Part shown: piece after piece, positions 15,743 through 26,890 of the stretch
How positions within the stretch are numbered: position 1 is the first letter of the stretch
Layout of the letters: each line of letters starts with the position of its first letter
Assembly: GCA_964236955.1 (NCBI GenBank)
Contig: CAXSGP010000062.1
Coordinates: 1-26,890 of the forward strand
Reading direction: 5' to 3'
DNA: 26,890 nucleotides
Origin: an uncultured Oligoflexus sp.
GTDB taxonomy: Bacteria; Bdellovibrionota_B; Oligoflexia; Oligoflexales; Oligoflexaceae
The notes under the pieces: generated by a model
What the model was told of the DNA's origin: nothing
The model's input: only the letters and a program-made list of their open reading frames with translations
The model's database searches: none
Translations under genes and position numbers: made by a program

Positions 15743-18595
15743 ATGATCCAGCGTTTCTTTAAATCCATTATACTGACCGGCTCTCTCTCAGCTGGGTGGT
15801 CCCAGGCGGCGACCCCACCCGCCGCGCGATCTCAGGATGTACTTCCCCTTGCCATTGAACAAAAGGATTATCCCAACGGACTGCGCGTTCTCGTGGTCCC
15901 CACCGGCTTTCCCAATCTGGTGTCTCTGCAAATTCCTGTGCAGACAGGCTCGCGCAATGAAGTTGAGTCCGGCAAGACAGGCTTCGCTCACTTCTTTGAA
16001 CACATGATGTTTCGGGGAACCAAAGCGACTTCCTCTGCCGCGTATCAGGACTATCTGAAGAAAATGGGAGCTCGCCAGAACGCATATACCAGCAACGACT
16101 ACACGAATTTTCACACGACTTTTGCTAAAGAAGACCTCGAGCTGATGCTAAAGCTGGAAGCCGATCGCTTTATGAATCTCGAATATGATGAATCGGCCTT
16201 TAAGACCGAATCGCGGGCCGTGCTTGGCGAGTATAATAAAAACAGTGCCCAGCCCGGCAGCAAGCTCTCGGAAGTGACCCGAAACGCCGCCTTTCAGTCT
16301 CATCCCTATAAGCATACGACGATGGGCTTTCTCAAGGACATCGAAGATATGCCAAACCAATTCGCGTATTCGCGTAGCTTCTTCGAACGTTGGTATCGAC
16401 CTGAAAACACTACAATCATTGTTGCGGGTGACGTCGAAGCAAAAAAGGTATTCGCACTCGTTGAAAAATATTTCAGCGCCTGGAAACGCGGCAGCTATAA
16501 GGCGAGCATTCCCGTCGAGCCACCAGCGACCAAAGCCGTCTATGTCCATGTCCCCTGGGAAAGCCCTACTTTGGCTCGACTGACCATCAATTTTCATGGC
16601 CCAGCCTTTTCGGTGAAGGATAAAGACTACGCGGCTCTGTCGCTCCTATACGAACTAGCCTTTGGTCCGACTTCGGATCTCTATAAGCAACTCGTGATCG
16701 ACGAGCAGAAACTCGATAGTCTCTACGCTTCAGCCGCCGACTCGAAGGATCCTGATCTCTATTCAGTTGGCGCCAGGGTCAAAGATCCTAAAGATATCGT
16801 GATGGTTCGCGATGCCATCCTCAAAACGCTTATGCACTACACACAGCACCCCGTTGACAGCGAAATCCTTAACCGCATCCGATCCAATCAACGCTATCAA
16901 ATAGCCAAAGGCCTCGATAACACGGAAAACATTGCTGCTCTCCTGGCTAGTTACGTTCATTACGATCGCAGTTCAGCCACCCTCAACGATCTCTTCAGAC
17001 TCTTGGATACCGTGACAGCAGGGGATATTCAAAAGGCCGCGCAAAAGATTTTTACTGATAATAATATGGTAATCGCCACACTCGCTCACGGCGCTCTGCC
17101 CGCAGAAATCGCCACGCTGCCCAAACTCGCGCAATATGTGCCGGCTGACAAACCGTTACGCAAAGACGTGCGTGTCATCGTTCAAAAAAACAAGAGCCCC
17201 TTTCTCGCGATCAAAGTTCTATTCAAAGCAGGCTCCACGCTTGATCCTAAGGGCAAGGAAGGCTTAGCCAATCTCGCAGCCCAACTCGTCACCGAAGGTG
17301 GAACGAAGACCAGGACTTTCGACGAGATTCAAAAAGCGCTTTTCCCCTATGCAGCAAGTATCGACAATCAGGTCGACAAGGAAATGACCACCTTTACGAT
17401 CCGTGTTCATAAAGATCATGCTGAAAAAGTTTTGAGTCTTCTTCTCCCCGGCCTTTTAGAGCCCGGTTTAAAACCTGAAGATTTTACGCGGGTGAAGTCT
17501 GATGTCCTGAACCAGCTCAAGCAGGATCTTCGTAACAACAATGAAGAGGAACTCGGTAAAGAAAGGCTGCAGGAACTCGTCTTCAGTGCTACTCCCAATG
17601 CTCATCCCGTCCTTGGAACCGTGGCTGGACTCGAAAGCATTCAAATAGCCGATATTCAAAAATATCAGCAGAGCGCCTGGACCCAAGGCGCATTGACGAT
17701 AGGCGTGAACGGTGACGTTACCGATGCCCTCGTGGGGCAGTTGAAAAATGCGCTGGCCAGCCTTCCCGCCACTGATGCCTTGAAAATCGCTGAAGCTGTA
17801 AAACCGAACAAGCAGGACGGGATCACGGTCGATATTATCGAAAAGAATACGCGGGCCACGGCCCTATCCTTTGGCCATCCGATTGAGGTCAATCGCAGTC
17901 ACCCTGATTTCGCCGCTCTCTGGCTGGCGCGGGCCTGGCTTGGCGAGCATCGCAGCTCGATGTCGCATCTCTTTGATCGCATTCGAGAGATTCGTGGCCT
18001 CAACTACGGGGATTATGCTTATATAGAAGCCTTTCCAATGGCTGGCGCTCAGTTCTTTCCGCCGGTAAACGTCGCACGTCACAACCAATTGTTCGAGGTC
18101 TGGATTCGCCCCGTCGCCCCGGAAAATGCGCAGATGGCCCTTAGAATCGCAATCTTTGAACTTGATAAACTCATCAAAAATGGCATGACCGAACAGGACT
18201 TTCAGTCCACTCGCGACTACCTGATGAAAAACGTTTTTGTCATGACGGCCACTCAGAATCAGCAACTGGGCTACGCGCTGGATGCCGCCTGGTGGGGTAC
18301 GGGTGAATTCACCAAAGTCATGCGCGATCAATTGCAAAAACTCACCTTAAGCGACGTGAATAAGGCAATCCAGAATCATCTTTCGAGCCGCAACATTCAG
18401 GTGGTCGCCATCACCAAGGATGCTCAGCGTCTTAAAGATCTTTTGCAGAAAGATGCCTTTTCCCCTATCAAATACGATGGCGAAAAGCCTAAGGAAATTC
18501 TTGACGAAGATAAGGTCATAGGCGATCTCAAACTCAACATTTCGAAAATCACCATCACGCCAGTCGATAGCGTTTTTGCAGGTTCCAAGCCCTAA
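15743..18595 (+). CDS. M16 family zinc metallopeptidase (pitrilysin/PqqL-like), exported
   Basis: GSRNE..GKTGFAHFFEHMMFRGT (HxxEH) and NAYTS.DYT. The second M16 module lacks HxxEH and has IREIRGLNYG. AGGAG RBS and a signal peptide. Confidence 0.95.
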   Translation: MIQRFFKSIILTGSLSAGWSQAATPPAARSQDVLPLAIEQKDYPNGLRVLVVPTGFPNLVSLQIPVQTGSRNEVESGKTGFAHFFEHMMFRGTKATSSAAYQDYLKKMGARQNAYTSNDYTNFHTTFAKEDLELMLKLEADRFMNLEYDESAFKTESRAVLGEYNKNSAQPGSKLSEVTRNAAFQSHPYKHTTMGFLKDIEDMPNQFAYSRSFFERWYRPENTTIIVAGDVEAKKVFALVEKYFSAWKRGSYKASIPVEPPATKAVYVHVPWESPTLARLTINFHGPAFSVKDKDYAALSLLYELAFGPTSDLYKQLVIDEQKLDSLYASAADSKDPDLYSVGARVKDPKDIVMVRDAILKTLMHYTQHPVDSEILNRIRSNQRYQIAKGLDNTENIAALLASYVHYDRSSATLNDLFRLLDTVTAGDIQKAAQKIFTDNNMVIATLAHGALPAEIATLPKLAQYVPADKPLRKDVRVIVQKNKSPFLAIKVLFKAGSTLDPKGKEGLANLAAQLVTEGGTKTRTFDEIQKALFPYAASIDNQVDKEMTTFTIRVHKDHAEKVLSLLLPGLLEPGLKPEDFTRVKSDVLNQLKQDLRNNNEEELGKERLQELVFSATPNAHPVLGTVAGLESIQIADIQKYQQSAWTQGALTIGVNGDVTDALVGQLKNALASLPATDALKIAEAVKPNKQDGITVDIIEKNTRATALSFGHPIEVNRSHPDFAALWLARAWLGEHRSSMSHLFDRIREIRGLNYGDYAYIEAFPMAGAQFFPPVNVARHNQLFEVWIRPVAPENAQMALRIAIFELDKLIKNGMTEQDFQSTRDYLMKNVFVMTATQNQQLGYALDAAWWGTGEFTKVMRDQLQKLTLSDVNKAIQNHLSSRNIQVVAITKDAQRLKDLLQKDAFSPIKYDGEKPKEILDEDKVIGDLKLNISKITITPVDSVFAGSKP

Positions 18596-18649
18596 TATTA
18601 AAAGCCACGTCCATTCCAGGGCGTGGCACTCTCTCGCCTATACGAGGGC

Positions 18650-19687
18650 TCAACACTTTGTAGCTGAAGCAAAAGTTTTTTCAAAAAGCCTATCGACATC
18701 CGCTTCCGTGGTATCAAAAGAACAGACCAAACGCAGTAGACCGCTAGTACTTTCCCAAAGATAGGCAGCTGCAGCTGTTTGTAGATGGGAGGACCAATCG
18801 GGCGGTAGGATGGCAAAGACTTCATTAGCTTCGGTGGCATAAGGAAAGACAGCGCCGGAAATCCTTTCAAGCCGTCGCCGCAAATAGAGCGCCATGGAAT
18901 TGGCGTGAGAGGCATTTTTAAGCCATAAATCATCGCGAAGATACGGAAGGAATTGACTGGAAAGAAAGCGCATCTTCGAGGCCAGCTGCATACTTTGCTT
19001 GCGCATGAACGCAAAAGAGTCGGCCAAATCCTCCCGGAAAAACACCACCGCTTCGGCACAGAGCAGACCGTTTTTCGTACCCCCAAAGCTTAGAACATCG
19101 ATACCGGTCGCTGTCGTCAATTCACTTAAACTCAAATCGAGCGAGGCCGCAGCATTGGCAAGACGCGCCCCATCCATGTGAACGAGCATGCCACGACCAT
19201 GGGCAGCATGGACAAGCGCTTTAATTTCATCAGGGCTATACACAGTTCCAACTTCGGTCGCTTGCGTAATCGATACCAGGCGGGGCAGCGCCCGATGGGG
19301 ATCGCTGGGGAGGATGCGCAGCCTCTCGATCACCGCAAGCGGAAGTTTGCCCTGCTCGTGCGGAAATCCAAGGATTTTACTACCGGTGATGAATTCAGGG
19401 GCACCACATTCATCTTCATTGATATGAGCGATCTGGGTCGCTACCACGGCATCGAAGGAGCGGCAGGTGCTGCGGATCGAAAGGGTATTAGCGGCAGTAC
19501 CGGTGAAAACGAAAAACACTTCCACTTTTTTTTTAAATGTGGCTCGAAATTGTTCGACCGCGGCTTTGGTAAGCGGATCACCGCCATAGGCTGGAGCATG
19601 ACCTTCATTCGCTCTGGCGATGGCGAGAAGAATGTCGGGATGAACACCGGAATGGTTATCGCTGCCAAAACTTTTGGTCGTTTCCAT
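18650..19687 (-). CDS. ltaE: Low-specificity L-threonine aldolase (PLP-dependent)
   Basis: FGSDNHSGVHP, AYGGD, TGTAAN, AHINEDECGAPEF, HMDGARLANA, SFGGTKNG, MQLASKMRF. Confidence 0.93.
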   Translation of the reverse strand: METTKSFGSDNHSGVHPDILLAIARANEGHAPAYGGDPLTKAAVEQFRATFKKKVEVFFVFTGTAANTLSIRSTCRSFDAVVATQIAHINEDECGAPEFITGSKILGFPHEQGKLPLAVIERLRILPSDPHRALPRLVSITQATEVGTVYSPDEIKALVHAAHGRGMLVHMDGARLANAAASLDLSLSELTTATGIDVLSFGGTKNGLLCAEAVVFFREDLADSFAFMRKQSMQLASKMRFLSSQFLPYLRDDLWLKNASHANSMALYLRRRLERISGAVFPYATEANEVFAILPPDWSSHLQTAAAAYLWESTSGLLRLVCSFDTTEADVDRLFEKTFASATKC

Positions 19688-19962
19688 GATAGGCTCCGAA
19701 GGCAGTCCGTTCCAGTTAAGCCTGCTCGTTTTTGATTGGCGAAAAGAGCCAGGCCTGTTCTTTCGTTTTCGATAGAAACCCTTGCCGTGAAGTGATCTTT
19801 TTCGCGTTCCATCCTAAAACCTGAAGTTGATCAAAACGACCTCCCCCAGCAAATTTTTCTAGGCTGTGAACCGGATGCAGCTGTTAAGAAGGCCTTCCGC
19901 CGCCTTTATGGTCGCCATGAAAAAACAGTTTTGTTCCACGAGTGGCGATTGTCAAGCCATAA

Positions 19963-21120
<1,158 letters not shown>

Positions 21121-21374
21121 GGCCTGAAATATTAGGTCATCATCTTATGGCCTGGGCCTTTGCTGGATACCCATTGCAGGCTAGGGTCATGGTTCGATCG
21201 GCCAAGGCCCTGCCCGACAAACTTAGCGCTTTCTAGGCTAATTTTGCCCGGCTATTCAGCCAGACTTATTCGCGTTAAAATCCTTATGAATTAAAAAATT
21301 CCCCGAGTATACTCGACGACGGCCAGTGATCCGGCCATTATTATACCTAGAGAGCTATTAATGGGAGACCTAGA

Positions 21375-21566
21375 ATGTTGAACGCACCTGAACTCATGAT
21401 TATTGCTGGAGTCGTCGTTGTGATGTTTGGTGGCAGCAAATTGCCGAAACTCGGCAGTGCTGTTGGTGAGACAATAAAGAATTTCAAAAATAGCATCAAA
21501 GATGATGAACCTGCGAAGCCTTCCCAAATAACGGCTGCAAAAGACGACGAGACTAAGAAACCCTGA
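21375..21566 (+). CDS. tatA: Twin-arginine translocase TatA/E subunit
   Basis: PELMIIAGVVVVMFGGSKLPKLGSAVGETIKNFK. GGGAG RBS. Confidence 0.93.
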   Translation: MLNAPELMIIAGVVVVMFGGSKLPKLGSAVGETIKNFKNSIKDDEPAKPSQITAAKDDETKKP

Positions 21567-21597
21567 GAGATTCCAAAATTTGCTTCCAAGGCCTTAA

Positions 21598-21616
21598 GGC
21601 TCAGTATTTCTGAGCC
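21598..21616 (+). terminator. Hairpin downstream of tatA
   Basis: GGCTCAG-tattt-CTGAGCC perfect 7-bp stem. No U-tract. Confidence 0.4.
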
Positions 21617-21965
21617 AAGACTTGCTCCAGGTGCCGGGATCCTAGACTTTTACATAATAGTTTCCTATGGATTCTTGGCTGATTCCACGGGCAGCGGAAT
21701 AAAACTCCTTGTCGTCAAACGGAATCGGACCAAAGTGCCCGCTTGCATCACCAAAGAACCTTGTGCCCATGCTGCCTGCCTGCACCAAACGCTGTTCCGA
21801 ACTCGATGCAACATGCCGATGGATATCACGCTTGCCAACCGGCGTGCCGCCGAAAAGCATGGTTTTGCTATCAACCTTGACCAGGAGGCCAAGAAACAGG
21901 TTTGAATCAAAAGCGCCTAGGGCCATCCGAATAGATTCCTATCGCTCCCCTCCCAGGATCTCCCG

Positions 21966-22241
21966 TCATCTTTTTTTCTTAGCCTGGCCTTTTGATGACG
22001 TCTTGAAAAAAATTTGAGCGATCGTCATGATACTGATCATAAACCAAGCCCCTTCTAAAAAAATAAAGCCATATTGCCTATTGGTGATGGCGTTGATCAG
22101 TAAACAAAGTGAGCCCATAGCATTAAGCGTCTGAAAGGGAAAAGGTTTGATATATCCCGGTCTCAGACTCTCCATCGCATAGGCGAGCAGAATGAGAAAG
22201 GCACCGACCAGCGAGACGATTTGATCCCAAGCTAAATCCAT
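21966..22241 (-). CDS. Small membrane protein (CBU_0592-like)
   Basis: Three hydrophobic segments (GAFLILLAY, LNAMGSLCL, GFIFLEGAW..ISI). The start overlaps the upstream gene's stop. Confidence 0.8.
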   Translation of the reverse strand: MDLAWDQIVSLVGAFLILLAYAMESLRPGYIKPFPFQTLNAMGSLCLLINAITNRQYGFIFLEGAWFMISIMTIAQIFFKTSSKGQAKKKR

Positions 22242-23080
22242 TTTGAATCCTCTCCTGCCGCCCAGGCTGCAACGCAGGCGAGCGCAAAATCTATAGTGCC
22301 ATCCACGGTTTGTGCCACGGTCCGCTGATTGCCCGCAAAGGGTTCATCATCACCGACAATGGCAAGAATAGCCCCTCCCTTAATGTCCGGACCTTGGGTC
22401 TCTTTCAAGGTCTCAGTCCTATTCCACAGATGAAGGAGAGTAAAGAGCTGGGCACACTCCATTTCGGAAGCGAGCACTCCGGCAGCTACCAGATGGTCCA
22501 TAAACATTTTATGTTGAGCCAGCAGTGGCCCCTGACCAAACTCACGGGCGTAGAGAGAATCTTTGGTATGCACCAGTCCTAGCATAACTTTTTCGGCTAT
22601 CTTTAGATCACGGCTAACCGACCGGGCTACATCTAAAAAATCAAGCGAACTCAACACCGGAATAGACGAATCGAGATAGTGACGACTGGTACCTTCGTCA
22701 CGCACTGCAGCGGTGGGAATAACAATATGCCCAACCCTGAGGGTTTTCGGCTGCAGCGATCCCGCAGTCCCCACCCGGATGATGCGTTTAGCACCGAGTT
22801 GCAGGAGTTCCGTGGCGATGATGTCCATACTCGGACAACCCATCCCTGAGCTCATAATACCTATATCAATCTTTTGACCTTGTGCCAGGATATTCCCATA
22901 ATAGAAATTATGCCGCCGCGCATGCGGCACAACCTTCACATCCAGAAGTTTCTTAGCCATCTCTTCGGCTCGCCCATCGGATCCGGGCAGGAGAATGTAG
23001 CGACCAAGCTTGCCGTTACCTTTGATATGACTGGGTTCGATATTCATGTGAAGTGGTTTTGTCACTGCAGAGGTTTGCAT
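22232..23080 (-). CDS. Nucleoside phosphorylase (PNP/UDP family 1, uridine phosphorylase-like)
   Basis: LLPGSDGRA, SGMGCPSMDI...EL, IIRVGTAGSLQ, AVRDEGTS.HY, D..Y, EME. AAGGAG upstream of the ATG at 23080. Confidence 0.92.
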   Translation of the reverse strand: MQTSAVTKPLHMNIEPSHIKGNGKLGRYILLPGSDGRAEEMAKKLLDVKVVPHARRHNFYYGNILAQGQKIDIGIMSSGMGCPSMDIIATELLQLGAKRIIRVGTAGSLQPKTLRVGHIVIPTAAVRDEGTSRHYLDSSIPVLSSLDFLDVARSVSRDLKIAEKVMLGLVHTKDSLYAREFGQGPLLAQHKMFMDHLVAAGVLASEMECAQLFTLLHLWNRTETLKETQGPDIKGGAILAIVGDDEPFAGNQRTVAQTVDGTIDFALACVAAWAAGEDSKWI

Positions 23081-23495
23081 GATGAATCCGTCTCCTTTTA
23101 CTCTTCGTAAGCTTATGGTGTGATATTCCTTGGCATCACGCAAGCATCAAACCGCTGAGGCCCGGTTCGTCTCCAAAGATCCAGGGTCTTTTCCGAGCCT
23201 TTGGCGAGCCCGTGTCCTGCTCGCTTTCCCAGATCGTTTGCCTACGCAAAGAAAACAAGGAAAAAAAGGCTATAGCCGCCAAGGACTAAGGATACGGTGA
23301 ACAGGGGCGCAACCGACATTTAATTCGCTAAATATTTCTTCAGGGGCTTAAGATTTTTTGGCGATTGCAGTATCCTTTATAACTGTACAGACCAACGTTG
23401 CAGGGCAGGTCGCGATAGTTTGCCCTTTATCCCTTTTACCTTGGAAATTTCCGCTCGTGAGAGCGCTGAATAGAATAGTTTATTAAGGAAACGCC

Positions 23496-24743
23496 ATGAA
23501 GATCAGCCTTAGAATGTGTATCGCTTTGGGTTTAGCTTTTGGGAACAGTCCGGCGCACGCAGGGCCTTTGAAAAAAGCTCTGGACCCGTGCGTGGAGAAA
23601 GCCTGCAAATCGGTCCTTGAGTCCGCGACGCTTATCGCTTCGGTCGATCAAAGCACTTTATCCACCAAACTTTCGGCCTATGGAATCACGGCTAAAAACG
23701 GGGTAAAGGTCTACCGCATCCGCTACCATACCCAGCGCCCAGACGGTTTGAATACCCTGGCGTCCGGTGTTGTGATCGTCCCTGAAGGAACAGATCAGTC
23801 GCATCCATGGATTTCACTTCAGCACGGTACCCTACCGGCAAAGGCTGAGGCTCCGTCAATGGCACCAGGCGAAGGCTTAGCGGAAGCTTCCCAGGGCTTC
23901 GTAGTGGTCGTGGCGGATTATTTGGGTTATGGCGACTCGGCCGAAATTTATCATCCTTACATTATCGAAGCAGGCTATACCGCTCCCCTCCTCGATATGC
24001 TGCGTGCGGCCCGAGAGTTTTCACACAATAATTCTCTCAATCTCGGCAAGCTGTTTCTCAAAGGCTATTCCGAAGGCGGCTATGCCACCCTCGCTTTGCA
24101 AAAAGCAATTGAAAATCAAAGTCCAGCCGAATTTCAAATCACCGCCTCCGCCCCCGCAGCGGGACCCTATGATGTTGATCTGACCGCAAATATCGTCACA
24201 CAAAAACCCCACGTGAATCCGGCTAACCTGCCGTTTCTGGTTCTTTCCTACAATAAATGGCTTGCCGATGATTCCCTCCCGCTCGATTCCATTTTTGCAA
24301 GTCCCGTCGACCGAGTAACGACAGCCCTAAGCGGAGCCTATACCACGCAAGAGATTTTTGGACTCCTGCCGACCGAAACCTTCGCGTTGTTTCACCAGGA
24401 TTTCATCGAAGACTTTGGATCGGCAGCTCCCACTTTCGAAAGCAGTATCAAGCTCCATCAATTTTTAAGAAACCAAAGTCTTATCGATGGCGAATGGAGC
24501 CCGAAGGCCCCGACCCGTTTCTATCATTGCCGGGATGATGAACAAATTCCTGTCGAATCCTCAGAAGCGGCCTATGCGAAATTTAAAAGCCGGGGTGCTC
24601 CGGTCGAAATCGTTTTGATTAGCAGCCCAGATCCTGACCATCCCTATGCGCATATCACCTGTCCGGCTATTTTTAGCTCTTTACAGTGGTTCGGCGAAAT
24701 TATGAACAATACCAATCGTGAGGGGTCCGCTCAAAAGAATTGA
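23496..24743 (+). CDS. Secreted lipase-type alpha/beta hydrolase (LIP family-like)
   Basis: Signal peptide ending AHA|G; ASG...P, QHGT, DYLGYG, nucleophile GYSEGG, AGPYD, H..DD..IP and a C-terminal His. Confidence 0.9.
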   Translation: MKISLRMCIALGLAFGNSPAHAGPLKKALDPCVEKACKSVLESATLIASVDQSTLSTKLSAYGITAKNGVKVYRIRYHTQRPDGLNTLASGVVIVPEGTDQSHPWISLQHGTLPAKAEAPSMAPGEGLAEASQGFVVVVADYLGYGDSAEIYHPYIIEAGYTAPLLDMLRAAREFSHNNSLNLGKLFLKGYSEGGYATLALQKAIENQSPAEFQITASAPAAGPYDVDLTANIVTQKPHVNPANLPFLVLSYNKWLADDSLPLDSIFASPVDRVTTALSGAYTTQEIFGLLPTETFALFHQDFIEDFGSAAPTFESSIKLHQFLRNQSLIDGEWSPKAPTRFYHCRDDEQIPVESSEAAYAKFKSRGAPVEIVLISSPDPDHPYAHITCPAIFSSLQWFGEIMNNTNREGSAQKN

Positions 24744-25028
24744 TTGATTATAAGGGCTCGAAAAGCTTCCTTTTCGAGCCTTTCCCGGTTCTGGGAAGAT
24801 TACCCAAAAATTTTGTAAGACCCGACTTTATATGAATTTTGTAGGTATTTTCCGGATTTTCGCTCGCCAAATCCCACGCCTTTCCTCCCCGGCCCATGCT
24901 AAATCTAAGCTGTAGCCCATTTAACCTCGGACTGTGCGTACTTGCACTTTGCAGCTTTGCGATCCACTCCAAAGTTCAAAGGCAAGGCCCCGAGTAAAGT
25001 CAAACAAGGTAGAGGACAAGCCGTGAAC

Positions 25029-26177
25029 ATGACAACCGATCAAGAACAAGCTTTGATTCAAAAGCGCCTGAAAGTTGAGGTTCATATACCTGGGCTCACA
25101 ATCCTCAAAGTTTTAGGAACTGCGCTCATTGTCTCCATAACCATTGCTCTGTCGCAAATTATAGTCACTCTATTCTTGGCCACGATGCTGGCCGTTACCC
25201 TTCATCCATTGCTTCGCTCCTTAAAAAAACGAGGTTTTCCCAATTGGGTGGGAATCAGCGTTGTGGTCGGTGGGCTCGTTCTTGGTGCCGCTCTAATCTT
25301 TACCCTGATACTACCGCCCCTCTTTGAGCAAGGCTCACTGCTTATGGCTAATCTACCTGGCATCAAAGAGTCGATCCTAAGCCATATTCCAAAATCCGGG
25401 CCTTTTCAAAGCATGGCGAACCATGCACTCCAGCAACTTGAACGTCCCGATGCCTCGAAATTTGCCGAGCCCCTCGTCTCAGTCGGTCAGTTAGCTATTG
25501 GTGGCATGGCGCAGCTTTTTCTCGTTTTCATTTTTACAATATATCTTCTAACCGATGGCCCCCGTACCTTGGCTTGGTTTTTGGCATTCTTCTCGGAAAC
25601 TCGTCGGGTGAAACTTGAGGCAACTGCTCTTGAAACCTCAAAGGTCATCTCTGCCTATGTTGCAGGGCAGGGCATCACTTCGGTCATTTGTGGCATTTAT
25701 ACCTTCATCATACTCAGCATTTTCCATGTCCCTGCAGCTTTGATGCTCGCAACAATTGCTGGGGTATTTGATGTACTTCCGGTCCTGGGCTTTTTCCTGG
25801 CTGCAGCGCCTGCAGTGATTTTGAGCATGACGATATCACCGTTTACGGGCGTCCTGGTCGCAGGTTTTTATGTGCTCTACCATGCGATTGAAAATTATTT
25901 TCTTACTCCCAAAATTTATGGCAATCGTTTGCGTCTTTCCGATCTCGTGGTACTTGTTTCGTTGCTGGCTGCCGGTACGGTGGGAGGCATCGTTGGTGCG
26001 ATCGTAATTTTACCTTTGGTAGCATCGTATCCAATCATCGAACGTATCTGGCTGGTCAATATCCTTGGCAAAGGGGTGGTGAAACAGCATTTGGATGCAG
26101 GGACGGGCTATGGATCACCGAAACCCAATGAGGGAAAAATCGAGCCTGAATCAACCCGAATCCCGACTTATTCTTAA
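25029..26177 (+). CDS. AI-2E family transporter (PerM/TqsA-like)
   Basis: Multi-TM protein with Y..GQ, P.LG, IENY.LTPKIYG..L.LS and G.VGAI..LPL. Start is ATG 25029 or GTG 25023 after AGAGGA. Confidence 0.92.
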   Translation: MTTDQEQALIQKRLKVEVHIPGLTILKVLGTALIVSITIALSQIIVTLFLATMLAVTLHPLLRSLKKRGFPNWVGISVVVGGLVLGAALIFTLILPPLFEQGSLLMANLPGIKESILSHIPKSGPFQSMANHALQQLERPDASKFAEPLVSVGQLAIGGMAQLFLVFIFTIYLLTDGPRTLAWFLAFFSETRRVKLEATALETSKVISAYVAGQGITSVICGIYTFIILSIFHVPAALMLATIAGVFDVLPVLGFFLAAAPAVILSMTISPFTGVLVAGFYVLYHAIENYFLTPKIYGNRLRLSDLVVLVSLLAAGTVGGIVGAIVILPLVASYPIIERIWLVNILGKGVVKQHLDAGTGYGSPKPNEGKIEPESTRIPTYS

Positions 26178-26194
26178 CAGTTTTTAAAAGGCCG

Positions 26195-26222
26195 GCCTCA
26201 GATTTGATCTCTGAGGCTTTTT
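26195..26222 (+). terminator. Rho-independent terminator after the AI-2E gene
   Basis: GCCTCAGA-tttgatc-TCTGAGGC followed by TTTTT. Confidence 0.7.
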
Positions 26223-26391
26223 CATGTCATTTCAACACATTGCGTCCCTTTCGCTGCGGTGCTACAAATTTGGCGACATCGCCGAGGGATCCTGCTGAGC
26301 TAACCGAGGCTCTAGAGTAGTCTCCGCATCTGCTCCACTCATCTGCACGGGCTCACTTCATTTATCCGTTTTTGCATCATAACGAGGCTTT

Positions 26392-26890
26392 ATGAGTTCT
26401 CAAGATTTAACAGAAAAAAAAGGTAAAGCCGTACTGGTTGCTCTGCAGTTACCTGGCATATCGGCAGAGGAACACAAGGGTTCGATGGATGAGCTGAGCC
26501 GCTTGTCGGAAACCCTTGGATTCGAAGTCGTAGGCCGTGTGTCGCAAAAGCGAAAGAGTGCCGCGACTGCCGCTATTCTTGGTACGGGAAAGCTTAAGGA
26601 ACTTGCGCAATATACGGGTGGAAAAGGCGTTATTGCTCGCTTTAAAAAACCAGGTGCCGCCGATGACGACGAAGGATTCGATGAAGACGATGACTTCGAC
26701 CGTGACGATGAACAGGAACTGGATCAGGACTTGGAAAGCGGCAGCTTTACGCCAGGAGTCAAAGCCACCATTGTGATATTTGACAACGAGCTAAGCCCCA
26801 CCCAGCTGAAAAACCTTGAGGATGTCACGGGCGTTGAAGTCCTCGATCGCACGGGCGTGATTCTCGAGATTTTCAGTCGTCATGCAAAAA
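26392..26890 (+). CDS. hflX: GTPase HflX, N-terminal part (runs off the window; absent from the ORF track)
   Basis: Manual translation: MSSQDLTEKKGKAVLVALQL...MDELSRLSETLGFEVVGRVSQKR...LGTGKLKEL...IFDNELSPTQLKNLEDVTGVEVLDRTGVILEIFSRHAK. GAGG RBS. Confidence 0.95.
   Translation, partial: MSSQDLTEKKGKAVLVALQLPGISAEEHKGSMDELSRLSETLGFEVVGRVSQKRKSAATAAILGTGKLKELAQYTGGKGVIARFKKPGAADDDEGFDEDDDFDRDDEQELDQDLESGSFTPGVKATIVIFDNELSPTQLKNLEDVTGVEVLDRTGVILEIFSRHAK

Noticed and set aside
21642..21926. Several overlapping 76-102-aa ORFs between tatA and the small membrane gene (possible tatB/tatC)
   Set aside because: No Tat motifs or TM pattern, and no frame is clearly favoured.
26537..26776. 79-aa ORF in the track
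   Set aside because: Alternative frame inside hflX.

Overview
Bacterial chromosomal window with about 23 plausible CDSs and no rRNA, tRNA, CRISPR array or mobile element that I can recognise. The gene content (secreted Cys-rich proteins, a large prepilin-like protein, a single-haem lipoprotein, many secreted hydrolases) suggests Bdellovibrionota/Oligoflexia or a myxobacteria-like organism. That assignment is inference only. From left to right: a probable decayed lipoprotein gene; a SRPBCC-TetR-SRPBCC-VOC operon with a perfect palindromic operator over a sigma70 promoter; an orphan sensor kinase; a neutral ceramidase; a hemolysin-III/PAQR protein; an accessory cluster (CxxCH lipoprotein, secreted protein with a symmetric cysteine ladder, PilX/GspK-like prepilin fused to a C-terminal Hint domain, and a divergent membrane-anchored hypothetical); an M16 peptidase; ltaE; frmA; tatA; a nucleoside phosphorylase with a small membrane protein; a secreted lipase; an AI-2E transporter; and the 5' part of hflX, which the ORF track missed. 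The best candidate for an undescribed system is the pilin-Hint fusion (11138-13072) with its neighbours.
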